A DNA stretch of 64,000 bases from Takakia lepidozioides (lineage: Eukaryota; Plantae; Bryophyta): positions 78,616,001 through 78,680,000 of the forward strand of contig CM060732.1 in NCBI GenBank assembly GCA_030704615.1, in the 5' to 3' direction. Position numbers and translations under genes: made by a program. Below, piece by piece: positions 25,062 through 37,300 of this stretch; the first letter of the stretch is position 1; each line of letters begins with the position of its first letter. The notes beneath the pieces were generated by a model that worked only from the letters and a program-made list of their open reading frames with translations, made no database searches and was not told the origin of the DNA.

Positions 25062-25206
25062 GGCGCATGCTCTGTGGGTCTGCCAAAGGGGCAGCCACCA
25101 TGCTGGTGTGTGATTGATGCTCAAGAGCTTGGCATATGGGATGCTTGACACCACCTCTTGAGAGGGTTCTTGATGGAGATTGGTTATGTCCACACTGCTT
25201 GGGATA
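25062..25206 (+). pseudogene. C-terminal PHD finger (C4HC3) of element 1 polyprotein
   Basis: (R)[43 protein letters not shown]. The counterpart at 49464-49603 retains the first Cys. Confidence 0.85.
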
Positions 25207-27329
25207 GTGGTAGTAGACATGACTAGAGGCAGCTAACAAGACATGGGAGGCCAAGCTCATAGGAGTCAATACACGAGATCCCAGGCTCAAGTTCACAGGT
25301 TGCAAGAGGGCGACTAACGATGGGGCAACTCTTGCACCCGACCTCTTGATCTATCGAGTTTGAGTGTAGTAGGGACAGTGGTGGAGGATTTAATGAGGCT
25401 ATGGTCACTATCACATCTTGTGGCTACCCGGACTTAGAGGGACCTAAGCACCAGCTAGGGGGGCGATTGTGTGGACTAGTGACTGTCATAGTGGGCAGTA
25501 TAGTGGCAGCCTAATGACTGACTAGTTGTAGCCTAGTGGTTGGACTAGTGGTGGACTAGTGGGATATTAGTGTGTGGTGTGCACATGTGTTGTGTGGTTT
25601 TGGACAACGATGTAGTTGTGTAGCGATATGTATGCGCACGACAGCTATCAAGTTATTTTACCACTAGTGTGAAACTAGCTAGGAAATAGCTAGCTTTTAT
25701 ATATTGACATTTGGGATTGGCCCAAGTGTCAATCTAGGGGTCAAGGCAGATTTAGGCCCTGGAGTGGTTATCTTCACAGCAAGTGCGGGAGGCTCATCTT
25801 TCTCGAGTTGAGCCTCACTGCGCCTAGCTATGGCGCCGTAGTGTGGATTCCCCATGGCGTGGGGTGCACTTGGCTTGACTTGTATTTGAGTGATGAGTTT
25901 ATATATGCATGAGTTTATGCTTCAGCTTTGTGAGCTCGCATGAGCTTGTGCTTGTATTCTTCTTCTTTATCATTGTATGGACTAGTGTCATAGTGGGCAG
26001 CATAGTGGCAGCCTAGTGACTGACTAGTTGTAGCCTAGTGGTTGGACTAGTGGTGGACTAGTGGGATACTAGTGTGTGGTGTGCACATGTGTTTGTGTGG
26101 TTTTGGACAGCGATGTAGTTGTGTAGCGATATGTATGCGCACGACAGCTTCATTGCGGCTACCCTTTGATGTCCTTAAGACTCATTTTCTACACTATTGT
26201 CCATTATCATGGCAATAGCTATGTCTAAATTTCCACCCATGAGCAAGAGGCATGTTGTTTCCGACTTGGTAGAGGACGTTTGGTTCTCACTTGTGCTCAG
26301 AGGCACAGGTGTTTTGATTTTGATAGTGCTTCGCTTTCATCAGAGGTTGTATCACAAGTATCGTGTGATACCACATCTTCTCATCTACTTTACGGTCTTT
26401 TGAGTGACGGCCTTGTTGGACAATCCTAGGATGTTGTGATTTTGTTAGGTCCTCACTTTGAAGCCCAATTGTCAGTTATGACATGACGTAGTGCAAACAA
26501 GCCAGTGTCACGTCACAACGCGCGTCACGTCATGTCCAAAACCGACTTTACGTCCAGTATTTGTTTTTAATCTTTTTACGTTTATACGACCCAATTTATA
26601 TCATTGTCGAGGGTACATGACATTTTTTCTTTTGTTTTCTTATTTTCTTGAAAATGTAGAAAAAATGGTTAGATGGTCTTATAACGAGCAGACGACCGCC
26701 GACTAATAGCTAAGCGACATGCGGGCTGTCGGGGGACGATGGACCGCTAGACGAGCGCATGGTAGCTATCCCGTGACGGGCGACCACCAAGTCCTTTGAA
26801 ATTACTAAATTCATTGAAATTAAATGAGTTCTCATGTTTTGTAATACAGAGGAACGTGGACACTTAAGTATCAAGGGTCCCCCTCCCCCCCCCCCCCCCC
26901 CACAAGAAATTACATTACCGAAACCTAAAACCAACGTGACGCGGGCCGTGGCAGCGTCACATCTGACACGACCTGACGCCACTGATGCAGATAAGGGGGC
27001 TTTGACAATCACCGGATGAATCGTTTGCGTGTGTTTGAAGCTCCTAACAGTCTTCCCGACCTTTTTGTGCTCTCATGAACGAGGGAAGAAAGATACACCA
27101 CGTGAGTTGCTTTTTGGGTCAAGACCCGAAAGGCATGAGAATGATTGACACTTATGGTCTATGATTCGAATTCTCATGAGGTCTTGAAAGTCATATCGTG
27201 TTCAGTTTAGTCTTGGGAGCCTGTCCGTAGGATCTGATTGTTCAAGGAATGTACTCGTGGAATGTGTCTTGCTACTTAGAGGTGTCACTACAGATTTAGT
27301 TGAATGCTTTACTAAAACGTTTCCATTGT

Positions 27330-27960
27330 TCTTTGTATGATGGTCTCATGATGGTCACTTGGGAATGAAGAAGACAATGGCTCGTACAAAAGAGGTCTAC
27401 CCTGGAAGGGGATTCATGATGTCACCAAATTTATTTCTAAGTGTGAATGATGTCGTGTCAACTTGGCTCTCCATAGAGCTCGGATCTCATATGAGCTACG
27501 ATCCTTACCTGTTACTCATGCTTTTGTTTCTGTGGTATTGACCTGGTAGGACCCCTCGTTCTCACGTCAAAGGTTCATAATTACCTTTGTGTTGCTATAG
27601 ATTACTGACCAAGTGAGTAGCAGTCCATCCTTTGCATACCAAGAGTAGTGATGTAGTAGCTTAGTTCCTCTTTGACGAGATCATTCTACGCCAAGGGTAT
27701 CCTAGGAAGATCCTTGGGAACGAAGGTAAGGAATCTGTAATTAGCTACTACGGTGATATGTTTCAATTTTGGTGTGATGCACGTGACCACAACTCCTTAT
27801 CATCCTCAGACGAACGGCGTCATGGAGCGTTTTTAACTAATTTACTCTTCGCCGGATGTTGGAGAAGAATGGCGCACTCACCAGGGAATGGGATATTTTT
27901 CTATCTCCTCTACTCTTTGCTTATCACACCAGTACCGCGCATGCTAGCACTAAGAATTAG
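27330..27960 (+). pseudogene. Highly degenerate retroelement integrase remnant
   Basis: HDGHLGMKKTMAR (zinc-binding region) followed by fragments resembling the rve core (AIDY..TK, HPQT.G). Many stops and frameshifts. Confidence 0.5.
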
Positions 27961-28012
27961 ACGCCCTTTGAATTTTTGTTTAATGGATGCTCTTATGTGT
28001 CTCTGTTACATT

Positions 28013-28201
28013 ATATATATATATATATATATATATATGACGCCTCCCGAATGAAGCGTAACTTATGGAGTCACTTCACCCCGAAGGGCTACTGCCTTCC
28101 GCTAGGAAGGTGGACACCTTCATGACACACCAGACCGTGGTTTGAACCCACAACCACATCCAATGTGGTATGCGCCCATTACCACTGGGCTACATGTTGG
28201 T
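28013..28201 (-). mobile_element. tRNA-derived SINE with (TA)n tail, younger copy
   Basis: Minus strand reads ACCAACATG-TAGCCCAGTGG (A box)...GGTTCAAACC (B box)...GGGAGGCGTCA-(TA)n. Exact 15-bp TSD TGTCTCTGTTACATT at 27998-28012 and 28202-28216. Confidence 0.85.
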
Positions 28202-30249
28202 TGTCTCTGTTACATTCTTTCCTGGTAATCTACACTGTTTCAGATCTTGTTGATTTGTCAATCAGCTTCCTTGATGAGTTGCAAGATGCTCAACACATGA
28301 TATCCATAAAGAGAATATTGGTAAGGCTCAGCTCACACAAGCCCGCAACTTTCCCAAACGTATTAAGTATTCTAACATTTTTTAGGTGGGACAGATGGTT
28401 TGTCTACAATTACAGCTCGGTAAGCATGTATGCAAGTCCAAACTAAAGATCAATGGACCCTATTTGTTGCATCAATTATTACGTGGGTAGTGTGCTTTGC
28501 TTTTATCACATGGGGCCAATGTCAAGACACACGACTGTCCACCTGACTGATATGGTTTATTCTGAGCTGATGTTTGATTTAACTTGCAGCATCAAACATG
28601 GAGGGACGCACCGTGGGGTGACTTTTGTAGTTCTGAGTTGTTTTGTTCCAATAGGGTTCCTACTTCATATTCTGAATCTCCAGCTTTGTTTTTGGAATTC
28701 AGTCTTACTTTTGAGCTGTGGTTTTTCTAGATCTTTCGGGAGTATTGGTAGTGTAGGATGTCCACTACCTGTACTTCCTGCAAAGGCTTTCATGTCCAAG
28801 GGTTTTGTCCCTGGCCCACTTTGCAGGTGCAAGGTTTTTCTTTGGAAGATTTTTAATCTTATAGTGGAAGGTGTTCATCTAGTGGGTTTTATTACTTTAC
28901 ATCACCTCGCAGAGCTCAGGTCTCCCTTAGGATCTCCTTGCCTAGTAATTACCTTATTAATCCTCCCTGACGTGACTTCATATCTTGTATTTTGACGGCT
29001 CCATATCGTTATACGCCCTGTAGCATTATGAGCCATACAAGATAACGGCCCTAAGGTGTTGGCTGCATCCTAACCCTTCAGATAAGCCATGTCGTGGACA
29101 TTTGGTTCATTGACCTTGCGGCTACCATTCACGCCGAGACAAGTGGCAGGACGGCTAACCCATGGTGTGCTGTATAAGTTCCTGATAAACCTAAGGTTGT
29201 TGGTTCTTTTACGGATGTTCAACCTAGTGTAAACTCCTGGTGTATAAGGTGTTGGATGTGCGTGTGTCATGGTGAAGGCATGACATTTGTTCTGAGTCAA
29301 CAAGTTCCTTCATGCATATGATCCTCTTATTCGCAGATAAGCCTACTATTCATGTCTAAACCCCCTAGGGCATCACGGAAAAGATGATGCGGCTTTCCTT
29401 CGAGCCCGAAACATGGTCTTCATACCCCCACCTTCTTTATATAGTGTATCAAGCTGGTGACGGTGTAGTGTTTTTGAAGAGGGGCCCACTGCCTCATTCC
29501 TATTCCTCTTGAAAGCTTTAGAACTAGAAAGAGGGCACTACTACAGATTGTCGTTTTTATGACTACGGGTGATATAAACCTTGGTAACCATGACTACATA
29601 TGTGACTACAATGTGATGAAACCCATTGTTGGGCGCATTTTAATATATTTTAATCTAATGAAGTCATACATATTACTACATGACTAGGAGCTACGGTCAA
29701 ACATTGTTGACAAATAACACAGGCTTGGTTTATATAACTAGTAGTCATACGCACTACTACATGTCAAACACGTGTCATATAAGCGTATGATTAAATGACT
29801 ACACCATTACTACACATTGATGACATGCCATAGAAGCTTGTGACTACATGACTACATGAGGTTTCACAGCTATGTTTATATGACTACATCACTACACGTG
29901 GGCATCTTAAGGCATATACATGAATGGGTTCATCTATTGGATGACCTCATCCATCTAAGCACTTGCGTCAATGGAATGACACAAAGTGCAAAGGTTAATT
30001 TTTTTTTAAAGTTGCTTTAAGGTTGCCCACGTTCAGTCATGAACACATAGGGCTGGGACTTAGCCTCTTTTGTCTCCCACGCTACCATTTGTTTTCTTAG
30101 TATCGAGCCCTAGCAGTAAGAACTTGTGTCATGGAACGCGACGATCGCAGGATATGCAATGCAGGGGCGTGGGATTGAGGCTTTGCGACGTATTCTTGAG
30201 CAACTCATGCAGCTTTCTTGAGCTTATTCTTGAGCAAATGATGCAGGAA

Positions 30250-31172
30250 GGGCGAGGATATGCACAACGGGGGCATGGTATAGAGGCTTCGGAGACGTAT
30301 GAGCAAATAATGCGGGAAGGGGTGAAGCCAAACCGGATCACGTTCGTGTGTGTGTTTGCAATACGTGTGCGAGCCTGGCACCCCTGGAGAAGGGTAAAAG
30401 GTCCATGGTGCCATTGTCAAATTTGAAATTGTACCCAATGTCATTTTGAACAATACCCTCGCACGTGGGCATGTATGCCAAATGTGACAGTATTGAGATA
30501 CAAAGGGAGTGTTTGAGAATATGGCTGAACGAAATGTCGTGTCCCGGAGTGTGATGATGGCGGGATATTCTCCAACATGGATGCGGGATGGAGGCATTGG
30601 AGACCTATGAGCAAATGATGCGATGATGCGGGAAGGGGTAAAGCCAGACCTGGTCACATAGACCTGGCCACGTTCGTTTGTATATGCAACGCGTGTGCGA
30701 GCCTGGCAGCCCTGGAAAAGGGCAAAGAGGTTCATGGTGACATCATCAGAGCTGGAATTGTACCCGACGTCATTATGAACAATACCCTCGTGGACATGTA
30801 TGCGAAATGTGGGTGCATCGCGGATGCGAAGGGAGTTTGCAACTATGGCTGAACGATGCTTGCGGGGTATGCACAGCAAGGCCGCGGGAAGGAGGCTTTG
30901 GAGACCTATGATCAAATGATGGCGGAAGGGGTGATCAAGGCTGGCAGCTGGAAAAGGGCAAAGAGGTCCATGGTGACATTGTCAGAGCTGGAATTGTACA
31001 CGATGTCATTCTGAATAGTACTCTCGTGGACATGTACAAAATGTGGGTGCATCAAGGATGCAAAGGGAGTGTTCAAAAGTATGGTTGAACGAGATGTGGT
31101 GTCGTGGAGTGCGATGATTGCAGGATATGCACAGCAAGGGCGCAAGATGGAGGCTTTGGAGACCTATGAGCA
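30250..31172 (+). pseudogene. PLS-class pentatricopeptide repeat gene fragment (about 3 motif triplets)
   Basis: GHGIEASETYEQIMREGVKPNRITFVCV, NTLVDMYAKCG and ERDVVSWSAMIAGYAQQG recur at about 300-bp spacing; frameshifted. Confidence 0.85.
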
Positions 31173-31828
31173 CCTTCCTCAACACATTTCAGCCTGTTTT
31201 CCCTGTTATCAGAGTCGCCCCTAAATTTTCAGGTTGAATTCTGCAAGTTATGGGTGCCTGCAATTGTACTCTTCCCCCTTCTTTACACCCGCATTTCTGT
31301 ATTCATAGCCACAACAGATGGATGTCATCAAGTCATGGTAAAGGGCTTCTTAGAGAAAGAAATGCTAGAATGCACCAGGGTTAAATTTCATTCTTGGGAT
31401 TCGTGGCCCCTTCCACTATGGTAGTGGGCCTCTTTGTTTCTGCTGCTGTCCCATCTTTTAGTCTTTTCTGCTCTTTCAAAAATGGGTACATGCATTAACT
31501 TGGCTTGAAGACTACTGGGGCAAGCAATGTCTAAATATCATTTTTTTTCTTTCTCTATCCCTGGATATAATAAGTGTCTTCCTTGTTCTTTTACTGAGTT
31601 TGTATAAAGACACATAGAAACAGACAGTGATAGAAATTGGCAACTACTCCCTCTAGTTTCGTCTGCAAGGTTTGCGGTTTACAGGTTGTGCTGAACTCCA
31701 TTGAAGTTTCAGTTACTTTGAGGGTGAAGGAGTGTAACCGTATCATACATGCAAGACTTCAAGAGTGGATAAAGTTACACACATCCTAGCCCCCCTCACA
31801 CTGTAACCAGAAGATGGTGAGGTTGCAG

Positions 31829-33080
31829 GTCGGGGAAAATGTGACCCACTTGGAGGTGGGCCAGCGTGTGTTCCCGCTGACGGAGTCCGCTAAGACAGGG
31901 GAAGGAACTTGGCAAGAATACATTGTGGTGCCTGCCCAGGCCGTCTTCCCCATTCCTGACTCCATCTCTAATGAGACTGCATCGCAATTGTTAATCAACC
32001 CCTGGACAGGTTTGTCTCTCTGTATCCCAGACAGGGGTACATTTTCTCTGGGGGAAATTGCAGTGCTGGATTTTGTCCAATGCAGACTTGCCATGCTGGA
32101 TGGATAGTGAGCAGCTCTACGCACCCAAATTTCTGTTTACTTGAGTGCTTGTTGCAAGCGGTATTTGAGAACAATCCCCTAAAGGTTTTTGAAACTGTAG
32201 AACATTACCGCAGATAGGGCATGTTTGCTCTTCTCAAAACAAAAGGAGCCTTTGTACCTTATTCAGAAACATTTGCAGCTCACAAATATTGGAAACAAAT
32301 CAATCCCCAAGACCAACTTGTCTGGCATTCACCACTGGGGTTTGGGTGGTTGAAATGTTTTCAATCAATTCACCTTTATGTTAATATCTGTCTGTTGCAG
32401 GGGTTATATATTGTCTATTGTTAGATGTGCAGACAGTAGTTCTCCCAGACTGGAGGAATTATTGAACCAATGCTTGTAAATGGTGCGTTTCTTCATGTTG
32501 GTAAGATTTATGGTGTGAGGTATTCAATTTGTAAATGTCGGGATTGAAGGCAGCTTACGCAATGCTGGAAGAGTTGAAGGTGCCAAAGGGCAAGTACCTG
32601 TTGCAGTCAGCTGCAGGATCTGTTCTTGGACGCATGGTTATTCAACTGGCACGCCACCAAGGAATTAAGGTAAGGTTTATTCCTTACTAAGCCACATGAT
32701 TGCAGTCTGCTGCTCCTTCTGTGTGATTATGGTTGAAATTGCTGGCCTGCAATGAGCACTTCCAACGTAAACTGCACACCTGGCTGAATTCTTTCTACTC
32801 CTCCCCTCATACATTCTCGGAACCGAGCTCATCTTACAGAAGGCTAAAAGAGTTTCCGGATTGGGTTTGAAGTATGTGGGATCAGCTATATTAAAAAATG
32901 ATATGGATGAGAGCAACTGCAAAGTGACATAACAGGGTGGGGGTGGATCGCAGACGATAAATCTGGTACGCTGTAGTGAGCAGATAGAAAAACTTAAAGC
33001 CCTTGGAGCAGACGAGGTGATCAACAGGAGGTGACTTGGCCTATGCGGCCATTGAGTGTGTGGGTGGTGATGTCACCAAG
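31829..33080 (+). pseudogene. MDR-family oxidoreductase (trans-2-enoyl-CoA reductase / quinone reductase-like) fragment, 3 exons
   Basis: Exons 31829-32009, 32554-32669 and 32954-33080 give VGENVTHLEVGQRV..GTWQEY..INPWTAYAML..LLQSAAGSVLGRMVIQLA..GIKTINLVR..LKALGADEVI. N- and C-terminal exons are missing. Confidence 0.82.
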
Positions 33081-33516
33081 GTCACTCCCTTCCTCACTGC
33101 TTTTCCTCAGGTGTACCCTGTGGTGCTCTCCATATTTGTCCGATGTTGCTATGGATTTGTTTTCTCAATTGTAGAAGATATCGTGTGTGTACATACTCAC
33201 ATCTTGTTGTTTACAAGAAACACAGTTGGGCTGGATTCTTTCAATTAGATCCAGACAGTACGATTTTGGTTGGTAAATGAAACTCTGTTGCTACAAGTTC
33301 ATGTGATTCCCTTACTCATTTTTGTCTTATTTTTGGATTCTCTTGTTGCCTCACAAATTCACCACTAAGCTGTATGGGACTGCATCTCTTGGTTGGTACC
33401 CCCAAGACCAAATAGAAATAGGTTGAGCCATTTTTATCTGGTAAGTATTTGGTAAATATGTGGTGAAGTATCTGGTAATGTATCTGGTAAGTGTTGTACG
33501 TTCTGTTATGTTGCAG

Positions 33517-34040
33517 GCCACAGATTGGTATCCGACATTCAAGGATATGCTGGACAGTAATGACCTTGACAAAGTGCTTCCTGGGATCACAACTATTACC
33601 AGAGGTAGATACCCATTGCTATTTTTTCTTATGAGGTCCTACCACATGTTCATCACCAGGACTCCACCTTTCCAGTAGACTGTTTCATGGATGATGTCTT
33701 GTAAGTACACCAAATGGAATTCCTGACCTATAGGCAACACTCGACGCCATGTTTTGGCAAACACTACATGTTCAAACGTAAAGCAGCTAGAAAAGTATCA
33801 AGGTAGCATTCACCTAAGACTGCATTGAGTTGGGACACAAAGCAGCTGTAATTAGTTTGAGCTCGTGATATGTTGTTATGACAATGATGGTTTCTTTGTA
33901 CATGTAGGTGTGCAGGTTCACATGCAATTTTACACAGAAGAAAAGGAGCAAGCAAATGGAGTGTTGGCCATTCATGTTTCTTGGTCTTATGTTCGAAGGC
34001 AACCGATGGAGCTTTTGTCTGACATGTTGAATGTTAGTAC
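33517..34040 (+). pseudogene. ASCH/PUA-like domain gene fragment, 2 exons
   Basis: Exons 33517-33604 and 33908-~34040 splice in phase to WYPTFKDMLDSNDLDKVLPGITTITRGVQVHMQFYTEEKEQANGVLAIHV, matching the C-terminal ASCH pattern as recalled. Confidence 0.68.
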
Positions 34041-34367
34041 TGTATGTTCCATGTGTCATTGACATTAAGGGTTCCGTTATGTTTCCATCCTAGGTTGTCT
34101 CCCTCTGTGTTCCAACTTCAATTTGAATGTGTTTCTGAGCAGTTCAGTTGCTGGTTGCCGGTTGAGATGTTCTACTCAGTCTTGCAATTGAGTTTGGATG
34201 TTCTGGTCTGCTTGCTCATATGTAGAGGATAAGTAGAGAGGGGAAGTCCAAAAAGCTTCTTTCTGACCCCAGTCAATGGTGGGACAATAGAGGCAAAAAG
34301 GTGAATGTCTGTTGGATTACAGAGAGTAGCATATGCTATTAAGCATAGGAACTAGTGTGATAAGTAG

Positions 34368-37300
34368 TGTCGCGGCCTTTTGCCTTAAGGGCAGGGGGTC
34401 GGGACACATGAGGGGCTGCCCCTGTGGTGGGGGCAGCGGCAGCGATAGGTATGGGGGGCTGAAGCACCCTTGAGAGCCCAAGGCACTCAAGGAGGCGGAG
34501 GCACTCACTAGGTGGAGGGTGGAGCCCCGCACACCGGGTTGCGGTGGGGGTGGCTCCACAAGGGGTGGTGGTAGCTTAGCGGGACTTAGTGGGGGTGGCA
34601 TAGGACTCACCATGGGGTGGAGACCTTGAGGTGGGAGTCGTGGGGAGTCTTGGGACTCATCACGGTCCATTGGGGCCGCGGTGAGTGGGCCAAAACTCAC
34701 CGCGACTCACCACCGGGAATCGAGGGTCTTCGTGGTGGTTCGCCATAAAATGGCATGGCTGGTTGTGAAACCCCCGCGGACAGCTACAGAAGTATATATA
34801 GGGAGTAGTAACCCCGAGAACGGTGCAAGCCCGTTGGTGACCAAAAACTAGTGAGTAAGTGAGCGAGCCGGAAAGCGACCAAAGAGTGGGGAGCTGTTCC
34901 GGACTGCCAACTACCAAAGGGAATTCCCGCTGGTTCCAAATCGGTGGAGGGTTCTTTGGGAGAACAAAGGGGGACCGTTATGCCCCGGTGAGTAGCCGAA
35001 GCTCCAAGTTGGCCCGGCGGCCAGGTTGGGAGTCAGGCGCGTGCATCAAAGCAAGTAACTATGACTTGAAGGGGAGCTTACCGAAGTGAGGTGCGCGAGA
35101 TTTGGTATCAGAGCTTACAGTTCAGTACGCGATCGTCCTTGGGATTGGCCTCATCATGGGGTCGGGCAAGCCAAAGCGAAAGCGGAACGGCCCAAAAGAT
35201 GATGATCCTGGTGAGCCCGATGGGGGCGATGTGTCACCGAGGCGGCCGTTTGAGGAAGCGATGAATTTTTCCGAAAACGAGGCCGCTCAGGAGCGGGAGG
35301 AATCCGAGGAGTCGGAGCCCGAGGAATCCTTGAGAGCTCCGACAAACCAAGAGATGTCTCCTATGCCGGCAGCCTTTTGGGAAGGGTTGTTGGCGCAGTT
35401 TGGCGGGACGTTGAAAGACGTGTTGAAGGCGGCTAATGCCACTTCCACTAAGACAAAGTTTAAGGTGAAGCCTAAGGAACCCGGCACCTTCGAGGGCGTT
35501 CGAAATTGGAAGACACTCAACACCTGGCTCCTGGAGCTAGAGCAGTACTTCCGGGCGGCCAAGTTGAGTGACGAGGATCGGGTGGAAGTAACTCCCACCT
35601 ATTTGAGGGGCTATGCTCAACAATGGTGGCAGAAACGCCTTCACGACCGAGGCCCAAGCCCGGAAACCTTGAACTGGAGTGGGTTCAAGGAATTGATGAA
35701 GAGACAGTTTGTGCCCCTCAACGCATCCTGGCTTGCCCGGGACAAGATGAGGAATTTGAAGCAAACAAATGACATTCGGGGGTATGTCCAGGCTTTCAAT
35801 GTGCTGTTGCTCGAAGTCGCGGACATGGCAGAACCAGAAATGGTCTTCAACTTTGTGGCGGGACTGGCCCCATGGGCCAGGCGGAAGTTGGAGGAGAAGC
35901 CACCCAAGACTTTGAACGAGGCAATTGAGAGGGCTGAATGTTTCTCGGATGTCCCTAGGGGTGAGAGACAAGGCCGTACGGAGCTGAACCACAAGAAGAC
36001 CCGGCGGGAGGGTGACTCCTTCCGACCGGAAAAGAAGTGGGATAAGCCACGCGGCGACAATGGCACGTGGAAATCGAAGGGAGGGCCTTCACACGTCAAG
36101 GCGGCACCCGGTGCTTCGAAAGGAAAAGCGGGTGGAGCGGCTTATGGCGGACAGAAGGCAACCTTTGATGGAGTGTGTTTCAATTGCGGGGAGCCCGGGC
36201 ACATGGCCAAGAAGTGCACAAAACCTCGACAATTGAACATGACTCGGGCAACCACGGAGCTGTCGGAAGATACCATCAGTCGCTTGGTGGAAGCGGTGGT
36301 CGCCAGGACTTGCAAGGTAGGCAACTATTCTTGTGAGTTGTATCAGGAAACTGGCGCCCTGCGTAAAGGGAGTCAGCTATTGTTCGTGGATGGGATAATA
36401 TCCGGAACTAACGTGTTGTTGTTGGTGGACACAGGAGCGTCGCACTCCTTCATGACGCAGGCGGCGGCGCGAAAGTTGGGACTCCCGACAAGTGACGTGG
36501 GGGCCTCTATTGAGGTGCGCTCTGCCAAAGGAGAACCTCAGTTGGCGACAAGGTTGGCGTTTGATGTTCCTCTTCAACTGGGGAGTTGGGAGGGACGTGA
36601 GAACTTCACCATCTGCGAGATCGATGGAGTGGATCTCATTTTGGGGATGACCTTTTTGAGCAAATCCGGAGCGGTCATAGATGGCCGCAAGAGAGTAGTC
36701 ACGTTGCCATGTGGGAATGGTGGCGAGGTTTTACGAGTGTCGGAAACGCCCAAATCCGTGGGAGGGCAAATAAACCTTATGTCAGCAAAGGAGTGGGCCG
36801 TAGAGGAGGCACACGAGTCCTAGTTTTTGCTTTACATTAGAGAAGTGAAAGGAGAAGGCGATGGGGAGCCGAGCCCAGATTGGATCAAGGGGATTTTGGA
36901 GAAATACCAGGATGTGATGCCGGAGGATTTACCAAGCGGCTTGCCACCGCGAAGAGGAGTTGACCACAAGATTGAGGTGATACCGGGATCGGAACCGCCT
37001 GCCAAGGCACCCTACCGGTTGAGCCACAGAGAGTTGGTCGAGCTGAAGACTCAGCTCAAGGATCTAATGTCAAAGGGGTACATCCGGCCGAGTAAGTCAC
37101 CTTACGGAGCCCCGGTGCTATTCGCAGACAAGAAGGATGGGACGCTGCGGATGTGTGTCGATTACAGGGCTTTGAATAAGGTGACTATTAAAAACCGGTA
37201 CCCTTTGCCAAGGATCGACGACCTTTTCGACCGGTTGGCAGGAGCGAAGTATTTCAGCCGGATTGACTTGCGCTCCGGCTATCATCAAATTCGGGTGGCG

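Larger units (their letters stand above)
15158..26146 (+). mobile_element. Ty3/gypsy-type retrotransposon with split direct repeats, encoding gag-PR-C5 MTase-RT-RNaseH-INT-PHD (element 1, degenerate)
   Basis: A1 ~15158-15450 matches A2 25646-25971; B1 25468-25643 matches B2 25974-26146; PPT 25457-25466. Coding domains lie in 18350-25206. A1 lacks about 35 bp at its 5' end, so no TSD is visible. Confidence 0.88.

Noticed and set aside
25468-26146. B repeats as a separate TRIM/solo-LTR insertion or an assembly artefact
   Set aside because: The same A..BAB layout recurs in element 2 with different sequences, B1 and B2 differ by substitutions and indels, and the element 2 TSD encloses A1 through B2.
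26461-27002. Possible MITE with AAGCCC..GGGCTT ends and a poly-C tract
   Set aside because: TIR match is only about 11/15 with no convincing TSD.
14742-28201. The 165-bp inverted repeats as TIRs of a large (Ginger-like) integrase DNA transposon
   Set aside because: The right copy has its own 15-bp TSD, (TA)n tail and Pol III boxes, so these are two SINE copies.
28450-29400. Possible decayed minus-strand gag/protease remnant
   Set aside because: Only vague motif traces; too degenerate to call by eye.
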